Positions 36,871 to 49,817 of a DNA stretch of 64,000 bases are shown here, one piece after another. Position 1 is the first letter of the stretch, and each line of letters starts with the position of its first letter. The position numbers and the translations under genes were made by a program. The notes under the pieces were generated by a model. It had not been told where the DNA came from. It worked only from the letters and a program-made list of their open reading frames with translations, and did not search any database. Source of the DNA: Lama glama (taxonomy: Eukaryota); assembly GCA_028534125.1 (NCBI GenBank), contig CM052817.1:94428001-94492000 (forward strand), written 5' to 3'.

Positions 36871-39704
36871 TGGCTTTTTATTTATATCCTTATAATACAG
36901 CTTTATTCTCAAGAGTCTGAAAATATATCTTTTAGTCTGGATTCCTTGCCTGAGCTTCATAGTGTCCTAAAGCCACCACAAATGCAACATGATCCTCCAA
37001 ATCTACTCATCTTTCTGAGTTCTTATTTCATTGAAAGGTCTCACTGTCCGGTTGGAAGCCTGGGTGTCATTCTTCTCATCTGTCTTTCCCTCTAATCCAA
37101 ACAGCCACTAAGTACTGTTTCTTTTTACCTCCTAAAAAACCTCTAAAATTTTTATTTCTATGCCAACCTTATCTAGCTCACCATCAAGAAATTTTCCCTG
37201 AGTATCTGTAACAGCTTCTTAACTGATTTTTTAAAGCTCTATTTCATTCTTTGCACTTTAGTGAGTATTTTAAAACACAAATCCTTTTAATGCTTTCCTT
37301 TCACTCTTTGGATAAAATTTAAATTCCTTAATGTGAATTCTATAGAGGGGATAACTTCCTAATAACTACCAACAATATATTGGATCAATTTAAAATGTAG
37401 GAGTTCCCTTCACTAGAAACATCTAGATAGAGGTTAAAAATGATCATCTTTCAAGGGTGATATGAGCAGTATTCATGCTTTGAATGAAAGGTACAAACCA
37501 ATGTCTACTAAAACGACTAACCATTGTAGTACGCTCTGATTTGAATATGTATTGTACATGGTAATAACCAAAAGTTTTGCTTAATTAGAAAGTCTCATGT
37601 AAATACAGATAAATATAAACAAACAGCTTAACAGTTGTAAAGAAAGAGTTATAAAAACACTATGTCATTTTATCTAAAAGACTATCGTACATTATAGGAA
37701 ATTACTGAGCATACAATCAAATTGTCCTTGTAAAAGAATAATAGTAAAATTATAGAAATGATCAAAATTATAATTCTAGGGAGTCAGAAAATGTCAATAC
37801 AGAATAAATAAAAATAAAGCCCATCCCTTTGGCAAAAAAAAATTTATCTTCACATTTCAAGATCAACTGTATTTTTAGAACTGAAGAAAATTAGGGACTT
37901 GTTTGTTCATAAATATGCCTACTGCTCCAAATTTTCAGAGTGATCTTGAGCCTTCTGAGGTATATCCATGAATCTACACTAAAAGACCCGAGGTCTACGG
38001 AGTGGAGACATAAGGTTTGAAGGGAAATGCTATAAAATACTTCTGTAAGAGTTTTTCTAATGGTTAGCTTTATTATCAATATGGTGTCTTAAAATTAAAA
38101 ATAAATAATAAATATATGAAAAAAGACTTTAATAAAAGCTTACTGAAGGCTTGTGTAAATTTCTGTTTGTTTCAGAAAGATGCATTACAAAGAATAAGAC
38201 AATAGTCCTGTGTTAGAAGTTACCATACAGCTCAATAACTAAATGATAATCATTTGAGTTACAAAGAGGATTTGAAATGGACTAACAGGAAAAAAAATTC
38301 CATTAAGGATTTTCTAATGGAAGATTTTAAAAGAGGTTAAAAAAAAATTGATCCAGAGACAAAACATCCATGTCTTGAAACCTGATCTCCAGTTTCTAGA
38401 GAAATATTACATAGCTGGTCATTTAATTTGTTTCTTGAATATTGTTTTTAAAATACAATTGATCACTATTACAGTGGCAAGATATACTTGGAAGGCAGCT
38501 AATCTTATCACTATACCACCACCTTACAAGATACACTTCTATGAAACTTTTTATAGATTTTTTCTAAATTGGACAATAGTCTGATTTATTTTCACGGGGT
38601 AGAATTATAAAGGTCATAGTATGCCCTGACAGACTAATTATTATAGATAAAAGATGTCATTGAACACCAGCATGGCATCACTCATTAGCCTTGCCACACT
38701 GGCTCAAAGTTCCTCAAGTACTGCCAACTACTTTAAATTTGATGTCACTAAGGACACATTATTAATTTGTTAAACTGCTTTGTCTGAAGGGAATGAAAGA
38801 TGGTTATATTATGTTCGTGGGGTGAAAGGGAAATAGAAGGAATCAGAATAACAAATGTCTCTTTTACTCACATTAATTCAGATGTCTAAATGAGGATGAA
38901 TTTTGAAGGAATGCAGAATAACATACATTGAACTACAGAGGCAAAATTCACTGAACTTAAGATATACTTGGAGCATCTTACCTCTGTAATCTTTTAAGAT
39001 TGATTGTGTCCTTAAAATATAAGGTGATTATCTTCACTTATCTATGACTAATTTATATTTTAGTGTTTTGCCATCATGGGGAGATTCTCTAAAATTACAA
39101 TCAGTTTTCAACTTATGAGTGGAATTTAATATTTATGTATGTAACAGTTGTTTTGTTCCAGAAAATGGGTAAAACACATACTTCTGGTAAATACTTCTTT
39201 AACATTTTTATCCTTAGAACTTACACTTGAGTAGAATATGAAAAAATTTAAATTCTAAATGTATACACAGAGATGTTCTCACTTTTGTGCTTCAGGCAAA
39301 TATTTGATATTTATATTTTTAACATACTTTAAATTATATAAGAATGCTTTTCATTATAAACATTTAGAATACAGATACCAAAAGTTTAAAAAAAATCTGT
39401 ACTCTTCCCTTCAGAGAAATCTTAAAACTGCTATTTTTCATTTAAGATTGTAAATTTTGCATGTAGGTGATTATATCAACTAAAATAATGAGAATTATGC
39501 ATGTTTCTTTAATATTTCATTTCCATAGAACATTAGTTAGAATTTATAGAACAATGTTAAATGTTAATGATAGTGGATATAGTATCTTGCTTTAATAATA
39601 CTGCCTCTAACATTTTACCTTGAAGCACAGTGTCAATGATTAAAGTAATGTAAAGATTCTTTAACAAGTTAATGTGTTTTCTTCTCTAATTTATTAAGAT
39701 TATT

Positions 39705-41085
39705 ACAATGGAATAAAGAAGTCTCTTCAGCAAATTGTCTTGGGAAAACTGGACAGCAGCATGTAAATCAATGAAGTTAGAACACTTCCTCACATCATAC
39801 ACAAAAATAAACTCAAAATGGATCAAAAACTTAAACATAAGGCAAGACACAATAAACCTCTTAAAAGAAAACATAGGCAAAACATTATCTGACATACATC
39901 TCAGCAATATTCTCCTAGGGCAGTCTACCCAAGTAACAGAAATAAAAGGGGCCTAATTAAACTTATAAGCTTTTGCACAGCAAAGGAAACCATAAGCAAA
40001 ACAAAATGACAACCTGCGGAATGGGAGAAAATTTTGAAAAAGATGAAACTGACAAGTGCTTGATCTCCAGAATATATAAACAGCTCATACAACTTAATAA
40101 GAAAAAAACAAACAACCCAATCCAAAAATGGGCAGAAGACCTAAGCAAGCAATTCTCCAGTGAAGACATACAAATAACCAATAGGCACATGAAAAAATGC
40201 TCAATATCACTAATTATCAGAGAAATGTAAATCAATACTATGAGGTATCACCTCACACTAGTCAGAATGGCCATCATTCAAAAGCCCACAAATGATAAAT
40301 GCTGGAGAGGGTGTAGAGAAAAGGGAACCCTCCTACATTGTTGGTGGGAATGCAGTTTGGTGCAGCCACTGTGGAGAAGAGTACGGCGATTCCTCAAATG
40401 ACTAAAAACAGACTTACCATATGACCCAGCAATCCCACTCCTGGGCATATATCCAGAAAGAACTCTAATTCAAAAAGACATCTGCACCCCAATGTTCATA
40501 TCAGCACTATTCACAATAGTCAAGACATGGAAACAACCTAAATGTCCATCAACAGATGACTGGATAAAGAAGATGTGGTATATTTATACAATGGAATACT
40601 ATTCAGCCATAAAAATGACAGCATAATGCTATTTGCAGCAACATGAATGTCCCTGGAGAATGTCATTTTAAATGAAGTAAGCCAGAAAGAGAAAGAAAAA
40701 TACCATATGATATCACTCATATGTGGAATCTAAAAAAAAAAAAAAGACAAATGAACTTATATATAAAACAGAAACAGACCCACAGACATAGAATACAGAC
40801 TTGTGGCTGCCAGGGGGGAGGAGGGTGGAAAGGGATAAGCTAGGAGTTCGAGATTTGCAGATACTGACAGGTATATATAAAATAAATAAAGAAGTTTATA
40901 CTCTATAGCACAGGGAAATATATTCAATATCTTGTAGTAGCTCACGGTGAAAAAGAATATGAAAATGAATATATGTATATTCATGTATGACTAAAAAATT
41001 ATGCTGTACACCAGAAATTGACACAACATTGTAAACTGACTAGACCTCAATAAAAAAAAAAAGAATTGCCAAAGTGGGGGGAAAA
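39705..41085 (+). mobile_element. 5'-truncated L1 (ORF2 C-terminus plus 3'UTR) with short extra 3' segment
   Basis: [29 protein letters not shown] and the CWRGC...LHCWWEC cysteine-rich motif. Poly(A) 41052-41062. TSD aagattatt (39696-39704, 41086-41094). Confidence 0.9.
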
Positions 41086-41799
41086 AAGATTATTTTTGAA
41101 GCAGAAGATATTAGTATTGATTGAGAGTTATATTTTCCTACTTTATCTATTAAAACATTAATAGATTTTACTTTTGATATAGTTTATATTTAACTTTTAT
41201 CTTTATCAAAATAATACACATAAAATAACACAATTACATATTTGTATATAAGGACATAATAGATACATAGATATATAGATACATATGTCTCCTGCCACAT
41301 CTCTTTCCTTCCCTGAGTCCTCTTCCTTGGCAGTATCCACTTTGCACTTGTTTAGTTATGCCAAATGGCATTTATTTCTACTGCTCTGCCTTTTAATTTT
41401 CTTGGTTTCTGTGGTTTGCCTTTTAATTTTCTTAGATATTGATTTTTTAAATTCATTAAGATTTATAATATGGCTCAGTATATGCTCCATTTTGGTAAAT
41501 GTTGCATGTATACTTGTAGAAAATGTCTTCTGCAATCACTGTCTAGTGTTTTCTAAGTATCAATCAGATCAGATTGGTTGATTTGAAAGCACACAATCAA
41601 ATCAAAAAACAGAGCCAAGTATATAGTCAGTCAGTAAATATATGTATGTATATGTATAACTGAGTCACTATGCTGTACACCAGAAATTAACACAACATTG
41701 TAAACCATATTTGTATACTCCAGTTTAAAAAAAAAACAGTTCTTTGCCTGGAGTCCTTTAATAGTTATCCATCTTACTAAGAAAACCAGCCAACAAGAA

Positions 41800-42235
41800 C
41801 CCACATGACTAGTCCTTCTTACCTCTTTGATCTTGTTTCTTCAACTCCTCCCTGCACTCATTCTACCTTTTTGCTGCTCCTTAAACAAGTCAGACCTCGG
41901 AATCTTTGCACCTTGATGCTCATTCCACCTGGAAAGCTTTCTCCCTCCATAATTTTTTCGTTCATGCCTCTTTTAAGACATCAAACATCACTCTTTCAGT
42001 GGCATTTTACTTGTAACCAGCCCAAGACAACCTTTTTCTCACTTCTCTTACTATTTTCTGGTGCACTCATGACCATCTAACATAGTATATACAAACTACC
42101 TCACTAGATGCAAACTCTGAAAGGGAAGAATTTTTGACTAAGAATTTTGACTTTTAAATCTGGATCCCCAGAATCTGAAATAGGGTCTGCCACAGAGCAG
42201 ACTCTTGACAAATATTTGCTGAATAAATGAATGAT
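41800..42235 (+). mobile_element. L2 3' end
   Basis: Ends aaatatttgctgaataaatgaatga. Confidence 0.65.
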
Positions 42236-42251
42236 AAGCCCTGGTCACTCT

Positions 42252-42759
42252 GTTTTTTTTTTTTAATTGAAGTATAATTGATTTACAATGTTGGGTTAGT
42301 TTCTTGTGTACAGCATAGTGATTCAGTTATACATTTATATATATATTCTTTTTCAGAGTCTTTTTTATTTATTATAGGTTGTTACAAGGTACTGAATATA
42401 GTTCCCTGTGCTTTACAGCAGGATCTTGTTGTTTATTTTTTACATAGTAGTGTGTATCTGCTAATTCCAAACTCCCAATCTATCCCTCCCCGCTTACCCC
42501 CTGGTAACCATGAGTTTGTTTTCTATGTCTGTGAGTCTGTTTCTGTTTCATAAATAAGTTCATTTGTATCACTTTTTTTAGATTCACATATAAGTGATAT
42601 CTATGACATTTGTCTTTCTCTGTCTGACTTACTTCACTTAGCATGATCATTTCCAGATCCATCCACATTGCTGCAAATGGCATTATCTTTATTCTTTTTT
42701 ATGGCTGAGTAGTGATGGACATTTAGGTTGCTTCCATGTCTTGGCTCTTGTAAATAGCA
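42252..42759 (-). mobile_element. L1 3' end
   Basis: Poly(T) plus 3'UTR. TSD ctggtcactct at 42241-42251 and 42760-42770. Confidence 0.88.
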
Positions 42760-43279
42760 CTGGTCACTCTACATTGAAGTAGGGATTTCTGTGGCCCTGG
42801 GAACCTACAGTGAATTTTCCTAAGACTGCCTGACCAATGGGGTAGGAGAGTGGGAGGTGGGAGTGTGGAAGGTGGGAGTGTAAGGAGTGAAAAGTGGGGG
42901 AGCTGGGCAGAGCTCAGAAGCCTCCCTCTAGTTATGCCAAAGTTCACAGATTGACACAGAAGCTTCTATGGGCTGTGAAATTGAAGTTTAAAGTAACTGA
43001 ATGAATATTGAATCACAGTGCGAGCACTTGTGCGAGGCTGGAATTTGAAGGGGCCTGAGGGTTCACGTCTAGTATAGTCGATGTTGCAACGTTTCTCCCA
43101 ATTCCTCTGACTTTGTCCTTATGCTTTACTTATCCTAAATTTTCCCCCAAATTGCAGACTTCCCTTAAAAATGTTTCTGCGTTCTGTTGCTGCCTTCTGT
43201 TTTCAGGCTGGTTGTTGCAGTAGGGCATGCAGAGAAACCACAGGCAGGTTATGCACAGTCCGAAACTGAGATGAGTTCT

Positions 43280-43442
43280 TTTTTCTTTTTTAAATTGAAG
43301 TATGGTCCATTTACAATATTGTGTTAGTTTCAGGTGTACAGCAAAGTGATTCAGTTATACATACATATATTTTCAGATTCTTTTCCATTACAGATTATTA
43401 CAAGATATTGAATATAGTGCTGCATAGTAGGTCCTTGTTGTT
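43280..43442 (-). mobile_element. L1 3' end
   Basis: taaattgaagtat...caggtgtacagcaaagtgattcagtt. Near-TSD tgagatg(a/c)gtt. Confidence 0.8.
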
Positions 43443-44344
43443 TGAGATGCGTTTCTTTATCTACAGGTTTATATGTAATGCATCAGCAGGACACACTTCC
43501 TTTCTGGGGTTGAATGCCGTGGTTTGGGCAGTTTTGTGGAATCACGTTGCAAGGGCAGTTGTTCTTAAAACAGCATTCTGACCCAAATGAACTATGTTTG
43601 TTTATCTCTTAAATAAAGGCCCCATTTCTCTTTTTTCACTCAAAGCAGATATTGAGAATACACACAGACTACAAAAAGCAGTCTGGCTGTTAAAATGGAA
43701 GTGACAATTCTTCAGGCCAGTTATGTCAAGGTTGAATGTTTTCCCCAAAGGCCTGAGAGCTTGATTTAAAACAAGGAAACAGGCTGGCAGTTGCAGATAA
43801 GGCTTGACATATTCTCAGTATAAATGATGAAGGCGTCACAGGCCTGTGGTTCATCTCCTTTAGGCATCTGAGAAGCAGCAAGGTGTCTGGGTCGTGTGTT
43901 CTGAACAGCAGCCTGTGGATGTGCTGGCATTTACCTTCAGTTCATCAGCTGTGGTCCTCGAGTAAAATCAAGTGAGCCTCAAACTACCTCTTGATAAGAC
44001 AAAGTGCCACTCATCAGTACCAAGTTGCTCTACTGGGATACCCTTAATTTCCTATTTTCCCAGAAGGAGGATGAGAAAAATAAAGAATTACTGCTCAATA
44101 TTTGAGTTTTACTTTGCATTAAGTGAAAAAGCAAGACCTAACTCCTTTTCAGAGCCACGAAAGAGGAAATCTGGATTAATGCTGTCACCACAAATTGGAA
44201 GACACATTTATATCAGCATTTAACAGAAGGTAAAGGAAGACTAATGGGAACACACACACATGCATACACAAGAAAAATTAGTGCCCTACAGCAGAGGGAG
44301 AGATTTATATTTTTTTACATCGTGCATAAGATTATTTCATATAA

Positions 44345-44520
44345 AACATATAAACAACAAGGACCTACTGTATAGCACGTGGAACTATATTCAACATCTT
44401 GTAATAACCCATAATGGAAAAGAATAAGAGAAGTTATATATATATATAACTGAATCACTCTGCTGTACACTTGGAACTAACACAACATTGTAAATCAACT
44501 GTACTTCAATAAAAAAAAAG
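44345..44520 (+). mobile_element. L1 3' end
   Basis: aacaacaaggacctactgtatagcac...acaacattgtaaatcaactgtacttcaataaaaaaaaa. Confidence 0.8.
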
Positions 44521-45403
44521 GTAGGAGACCAAAAAAAAAAAAAACCAAACAAAATATCACTAAGAGTTCTACCCTTTAAAAACAAACCCCAAAAGGACAG
44601 AAAAAGAAAAACAAACCAGTCAACCCAAAACTTGAAGTTGCAGACAAGGATAACCAAAAATAAAGGCGTGTAAAGCCAGGTTTATAGTAGGACATAAAGA
44701 TACAGCTTATGGAAGAGTGTGACGGATGGTGTTGCGTGATGAGTAGAAGGTGGTTTTCAGCTTTCCCTTGTCGTCTATTTAATAAAGTCCCATTTCAGGG
44801 AGCTTCCTGTGAACCTTCAGTCTTTCCTGCAGTTTCCACAAACATTTTCCTTGGCCAAGCGCGGGAGCATTCCTTATTCACTGGAGGACCTACGAGCAGT
44901 CAGATGGGTCCATCTCATACTCCCAGGGAGCAGCTTGAGTAAAAGTCTGTGGAACTCACTTTCTCTGATCCTTCAGAGTGAAAATAAAATGCTGTCGAAT
45001 GACAGGAAATCCATTTTCCATTTATTTGAAAGATGCTAGACAACCGAAGACCACATCTAATCACTTGGATGCCTACATTCCTTACTTTTGACTTCATTTA
45101 CTTTTGTAAAGACAACTATTTCCATGAAACACATTTCTTGGCAGAAAATGCGAGTTTCCTGAGAGAGAAAAGCAACTCCTGAAAGCGCGAGAAAGATAAA
45201 AGGAGATGGAAAGAACCTTAAAGACACTGGGTCCCAGACCTACGTGGTATCCCCTAGAGATGCCTCACATTTCCTCTCAGTCTCCTCAGCCCCTCCTGAA
45301 AGATCCCACTCTGAAAACGGCCCTTATTGTTTTTGCTGAAACACCAAGGGGCCGACCCTACATCCCTGCGTCCATAGCAGGTGCTCAATAAATATTTGTT
45401 GAC

Positions 45404-45855
45404 TGTACTCATTTTCTCCTATTGCTGTAACAGATTAACACAAACAAAATGTACGAATTTATTATCTTACATATCTGGAGGCCAGAAATCCAAAATGGGT
45501 CTCCCTGTGCTGAAATTAAGGTGTTGGCAGGACTCCTTCTGGAGGATCTAGGGGAGATTAATTTCTTGTCTTTTGTAGGTTTTGGAGGCCACTCACATAG
45601 CTTGGCTTGTGGCCCCTTCCTTTATTTAAGCCAAGTTCTTCTCATGCAGCTGTCTCTCTGATTCTCCCTCTTCTGCCTCCCTTGTCCCCGTTTAAGGACC
45701 CTTGTGATGATACTGGGCTTACCTGGTAATCCAGGCTGATCTTCCCACCTCAGAGTCAGCTCACTTCATTCCATCATGCAACCTTTTCCCTTCTGCCACG
45801 TCGCATAACATAGTCACAGATCCTAGGGATGAGGACACAGAGACCTTTAAGGGAG
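45404..45855 (-). mobile_element. MaLR solo LTR (MLT1)
   Basis: attgctgtaaca...tttattatcttaca...ctggaggccagaaatcc...taaggacccttgtga. Confidence 0.8.
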
Positions 45856-47694
45856 AGTGTGAGTGTAGGTGTACTTCACAAACATTGATCGACTGAGTGA
45901 ACAAGGTCAGAAAAAATCAGCTTTGCCGAGTCATCTGTTTTTCTAATCAACCCATGGTTTTTGAATTAACAATGTATAAAGACCTAAAGTTTCAAAATAA
46001 CCCAAAGAACTGGAAGTTCTCATTCATTACTTTGAAAAGTGACTCGCCACTGACTACCTCATGACTAAGAATAATAAATTATAATGATAATGGAAGATCA
46101 AATGATGGATGTCATAGAGTATTTAAATCTCTATGCTGTAGAAATAAAACCACATTCACCAGAAGAATAAATCATGCAAAGGCTCAAAATCATTATGTGT
46201 ATTTTATATCTGGCCTTCTGATCATGGTAAAACAATTGATACGGACTGAGGGAATGCCCCAAATCCCAGATACATCAGTTCCTGTAATCCTTGGATATAG
46301 ATCCTCATCAGAGCCAAGTCAAAGGAACTGCACTGCTTTTATCACTATCCTGCTGGGAATACTGCTTAAATATATATGTTAACAATACATTTAAAAAAAT
46401 TCCTGTGACATACGACAGTGACCTTAGTTCTTTCCACCAATATCCTCATTGACTGCCATTTTAGTAAAGAGCAGCAAACTAGTGTAAGCACTTAACTGGC
46501 TATTCCCACCCTCACCCACCTGGGTGAGTTTCACACCACAAAGCAACCCAGTTTTATACTTTCTCTCCCATCAGAGAAATAAAATCCTGCAAAAATGCAA
46601 CCCCCTCTACCCAATTTGAAGGGCATGTAAAAGCAGACACTTAGATTCCAAAAGACATTTAAGGTTACATTGGCATCTAGTATTTGTCATCCTTTTATAT
46701 GAAAATAACACTTTGAACGCAATTTTCCCAAACCATATCAACCTCCTGTTACATCCTGATGCCTGTTACATCTACATGACAAAATCGACCAAATCAGGAG
46801 AAGCAATCATCTCACTGGGAATTCAGAACCTCACATGTCCTCACTAATAATACAACCTCGGTTTTGAGAGTTCTTCTGTATCAAGCGTTCCTTTGTGATC
46901 TCATTGCTGTAGATGACCACCATGTTTTAAGGCACAGTTGAAAGCAGCCCCCCAAAAGTGAATTACAGTTGAATCACTGTCATGTTGCTATACTTGCGGG
47001 TGCTTATCATCTGCCATTCATGCAAGTGTGTATCTGAAACCCATCAGTTTCAGCCAGTAATTTCCCATTTCCCAAAATATCTCTTAATATAATCCAAATC
47101 ACTCTGCTAAGAGCATCCCATGCATTATCTTATTTACTTTAATACTAAGAAAGCTATCCCCCCTGTACAGATAATGAAGGTGAGGTGAAGCAAAATTAAT
47201 ATACTTAAAATCTTACCACTAAGGAGGGACCCTAACTCAGGCTATCCAAGGCCAGCATCCATGACTTTGAACCAGGAAAATTAGCCTAATCATTCCTAGG
47301 AGCTAGTATGATTCTGGTTTATTCTTGTATAAAGAAATCCAATGAAATAATTATCAAATGTTTAATATGCTGTATGGAAGAATAAGACCTTTCCAAAAGC
47401 TACCCAATGCATCATTAACATCATACTATTACTTTGTTAGTAACTGAAATAGATGGTAGCACACAATTTGAAACAGACAATTCAAGGAGATTCAAGAAAA
47501 GTTTGAGTTTCTAAATCTTGTAAAGTGACAGAACTTTTTCTTTATTCCTTACTAAATTTTCTAAAATATACTCTTCCTTTTCAAAAATCACAAATTGATA
47601 CACTATGGTAATAAGTTTTGTTTTGATCTTTTAAAATTTGAGTAGCTACATTACACAATTACTTGTATTTCTATATGATACATTTAAAATTAAT

Positions 47695-48550
47695 TTTAAT
47701 TGTTGTAAAAAACATATAAAATTTATCATCTTAACCACTTAAAGGGTACAGTAGTTAGGTTTATTCACACTGTTGTGCAACAGACCTCTAGTACATCATC
47801 TTGCAAAACTATATTAAATTCTGTACTTATTAAACAAACAAACAAACAAAATCCCCATTTCTCCCATCCCTCCTCAGCCCCTGGCAATAACCAACCTATT
47901 TTCTGTCTCAGTGGATATGGCTACTTTATACACCACATGTAAGTAGAGTCACACAGTATTTGTCTTTTTGTAACTGATTTATTTCACCTCAAGGTTTACC
48001 CATGTTGTAGCAAGTGACAATATTTCTTTCCCTATTAAGGCTGAATATATCCCATTGCATGTATGCACCACATTTTGTGTATTTATTCCTTTGTTGATGG
48101 GCACCTGGGTTGCTTCTACTTCTGAGCTGTTGTGAATAGCGCTGCTATGAACTTGAGTGTGTAAGTATTTCCTTGAGGCCTTGCTTTCAATTCTTTTGGA
48201 TATACACCCAGAAGTGGAATTGCTGGATCATATGCTAATTCTATTTTTTATTTTTTGAGGAACCTCAATACTGTTTTCCACAGTGACTGCACCATTTTCC
48301 TTTTCCATCAACAGTGCACAGATTTCCAATTTCTTTACATCCTCACCAACACTTACCTACATGCAAAGTAACGAAACTGACACCATTTACAAAAATTACC
48401 TCAAAATGGATGAAAAGACTTAAATGTAAAACCTAAAACTATAAAACTCCTAGAAGAAAACAAGGAAAAAATTTCACAGTATTTGTGAAGTTTGACAATG
48501 ATTTGTCAATGATTTCTTGGACATGACATCAAAAGCAAGACAACAAAACA
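47695..48550 (-). mobile_element. L1 with 5' inversion (minus 47695-48355, plus 48356-48550)
   Basis: Antisense 3'UTR/ORF2 end is joined directly to sense ORF2 (caaaaattacctcaaaatgga...acctaaaactataaaactcctagaagaaaac). Confidence 0.75.
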
Positions 48551-49439
48551 GCATGAATAGAATTCCCTAAGGGCCAATTATGTAGTAAGAGATTTCAGCC
48601 AACACGGACAATTATCCATTTGCTATGGCAGGACTACAGTCTTTGGCAATTCTCTACCTGTTCAGAAAGTTTTACTTGTATTTGACTTTTAAGTGTATCT
48701 TGAAGTTTTGCTATTATTTATTTATTAGCATACATCTTTTCTTCAAGTGTTCTTGGAAGACATGATGTAGAATCCTTCTCTGCTCAGAGAATTAAATATT
48801 TGAAAGAGCCAGTTAATGAACACATTCTTACGTTGTGCTCACGATGTTACATACAATACAAGCCAAATGGATCTGTTGAGTGCCTGACTTAATTTTACAA
48901 ATGAGAGAAGCTGTAGCTCTTGATATGAATGAATGGAATTGAATCCTTACGCTTTGGTTATTTTTAATCAATGTTTCACTCTAAAAAGACATTTCAGGCT
49001 GTATGTAAATGGATAAAAAACTGAAACGTCAAGACCTTGACTTTCTCTGAATAAACTGTCAAATACAATCTATCAAGCATTGAATGTATCTGAAATTAAT
49101 TTGATGATTCTAGAGGGTTACTCACCAAGAAGAATTAAAATTGCAGTTTAAAAATTTTTGAAGGAGTAACGTTTATCTTATTTTCCTTTTTATATTTAAT
49201 ATTTTAATACTTATAAAGATTTTACTTACATCTGAAGATATCTTTATTTACAGTTATAATGTCACACAAAGGAAGCCACACCAATTAATAAAACTCATTC
49301 TTTAGCTATATTGGTTGCTCTGCATTAAAATTTCAGTTGTTATATATGTTTTTAATGCAATCAAGTCACTTACCAGCTCAAGAGAGTGAGATAAAGAAGT
49401 TCAGAGGTTTTGTTAAAGTGATTTAAGTTTGAATTTTTA

Positions 49440-49817
49440 TTTTTTATTTTTAATAGACTTTAATTTTCAGAGCAGTTTTAGGTTCACAATAAAATTGAGA
49501 GGAAGGTACAGAGATAAATGCCAAGGCACATAGCCTCCCCCATTATCAATATCCTCCACCAGAATTTGCTCCATTTGCTACAACTGATGAGCCTACACTG
49601 AGACATTATTATCACCCACAGACCACAGTTTACATTAGGATTTGGTCTTTGCATTTTAAGTTCTGTGGGTTTGGGCAAATGTATAATGACATGGATCCAC
49701 CATTATAGTATCCTACAGAGTAGTTAGTTATATGGCCCTAAAACCTGTGCTCCACTGCTTCCTCCCCTTTGACCCCTGGCAACCATTCATCTTTTCACTG
49801 TCTCCATGGTTTTGCCT
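49440..49817 (-). mobile_element. L1M 3' end
   Basis: taatagacttta...gagcagttttaggttcaca...cccctggcaacca. Confidence 0.75.

Noticed and set aside
42838..42900. G-rich stretch as a G-quadruplex
   Set aside because: Irregular G-runs in low-complexity sequence with no functional context.
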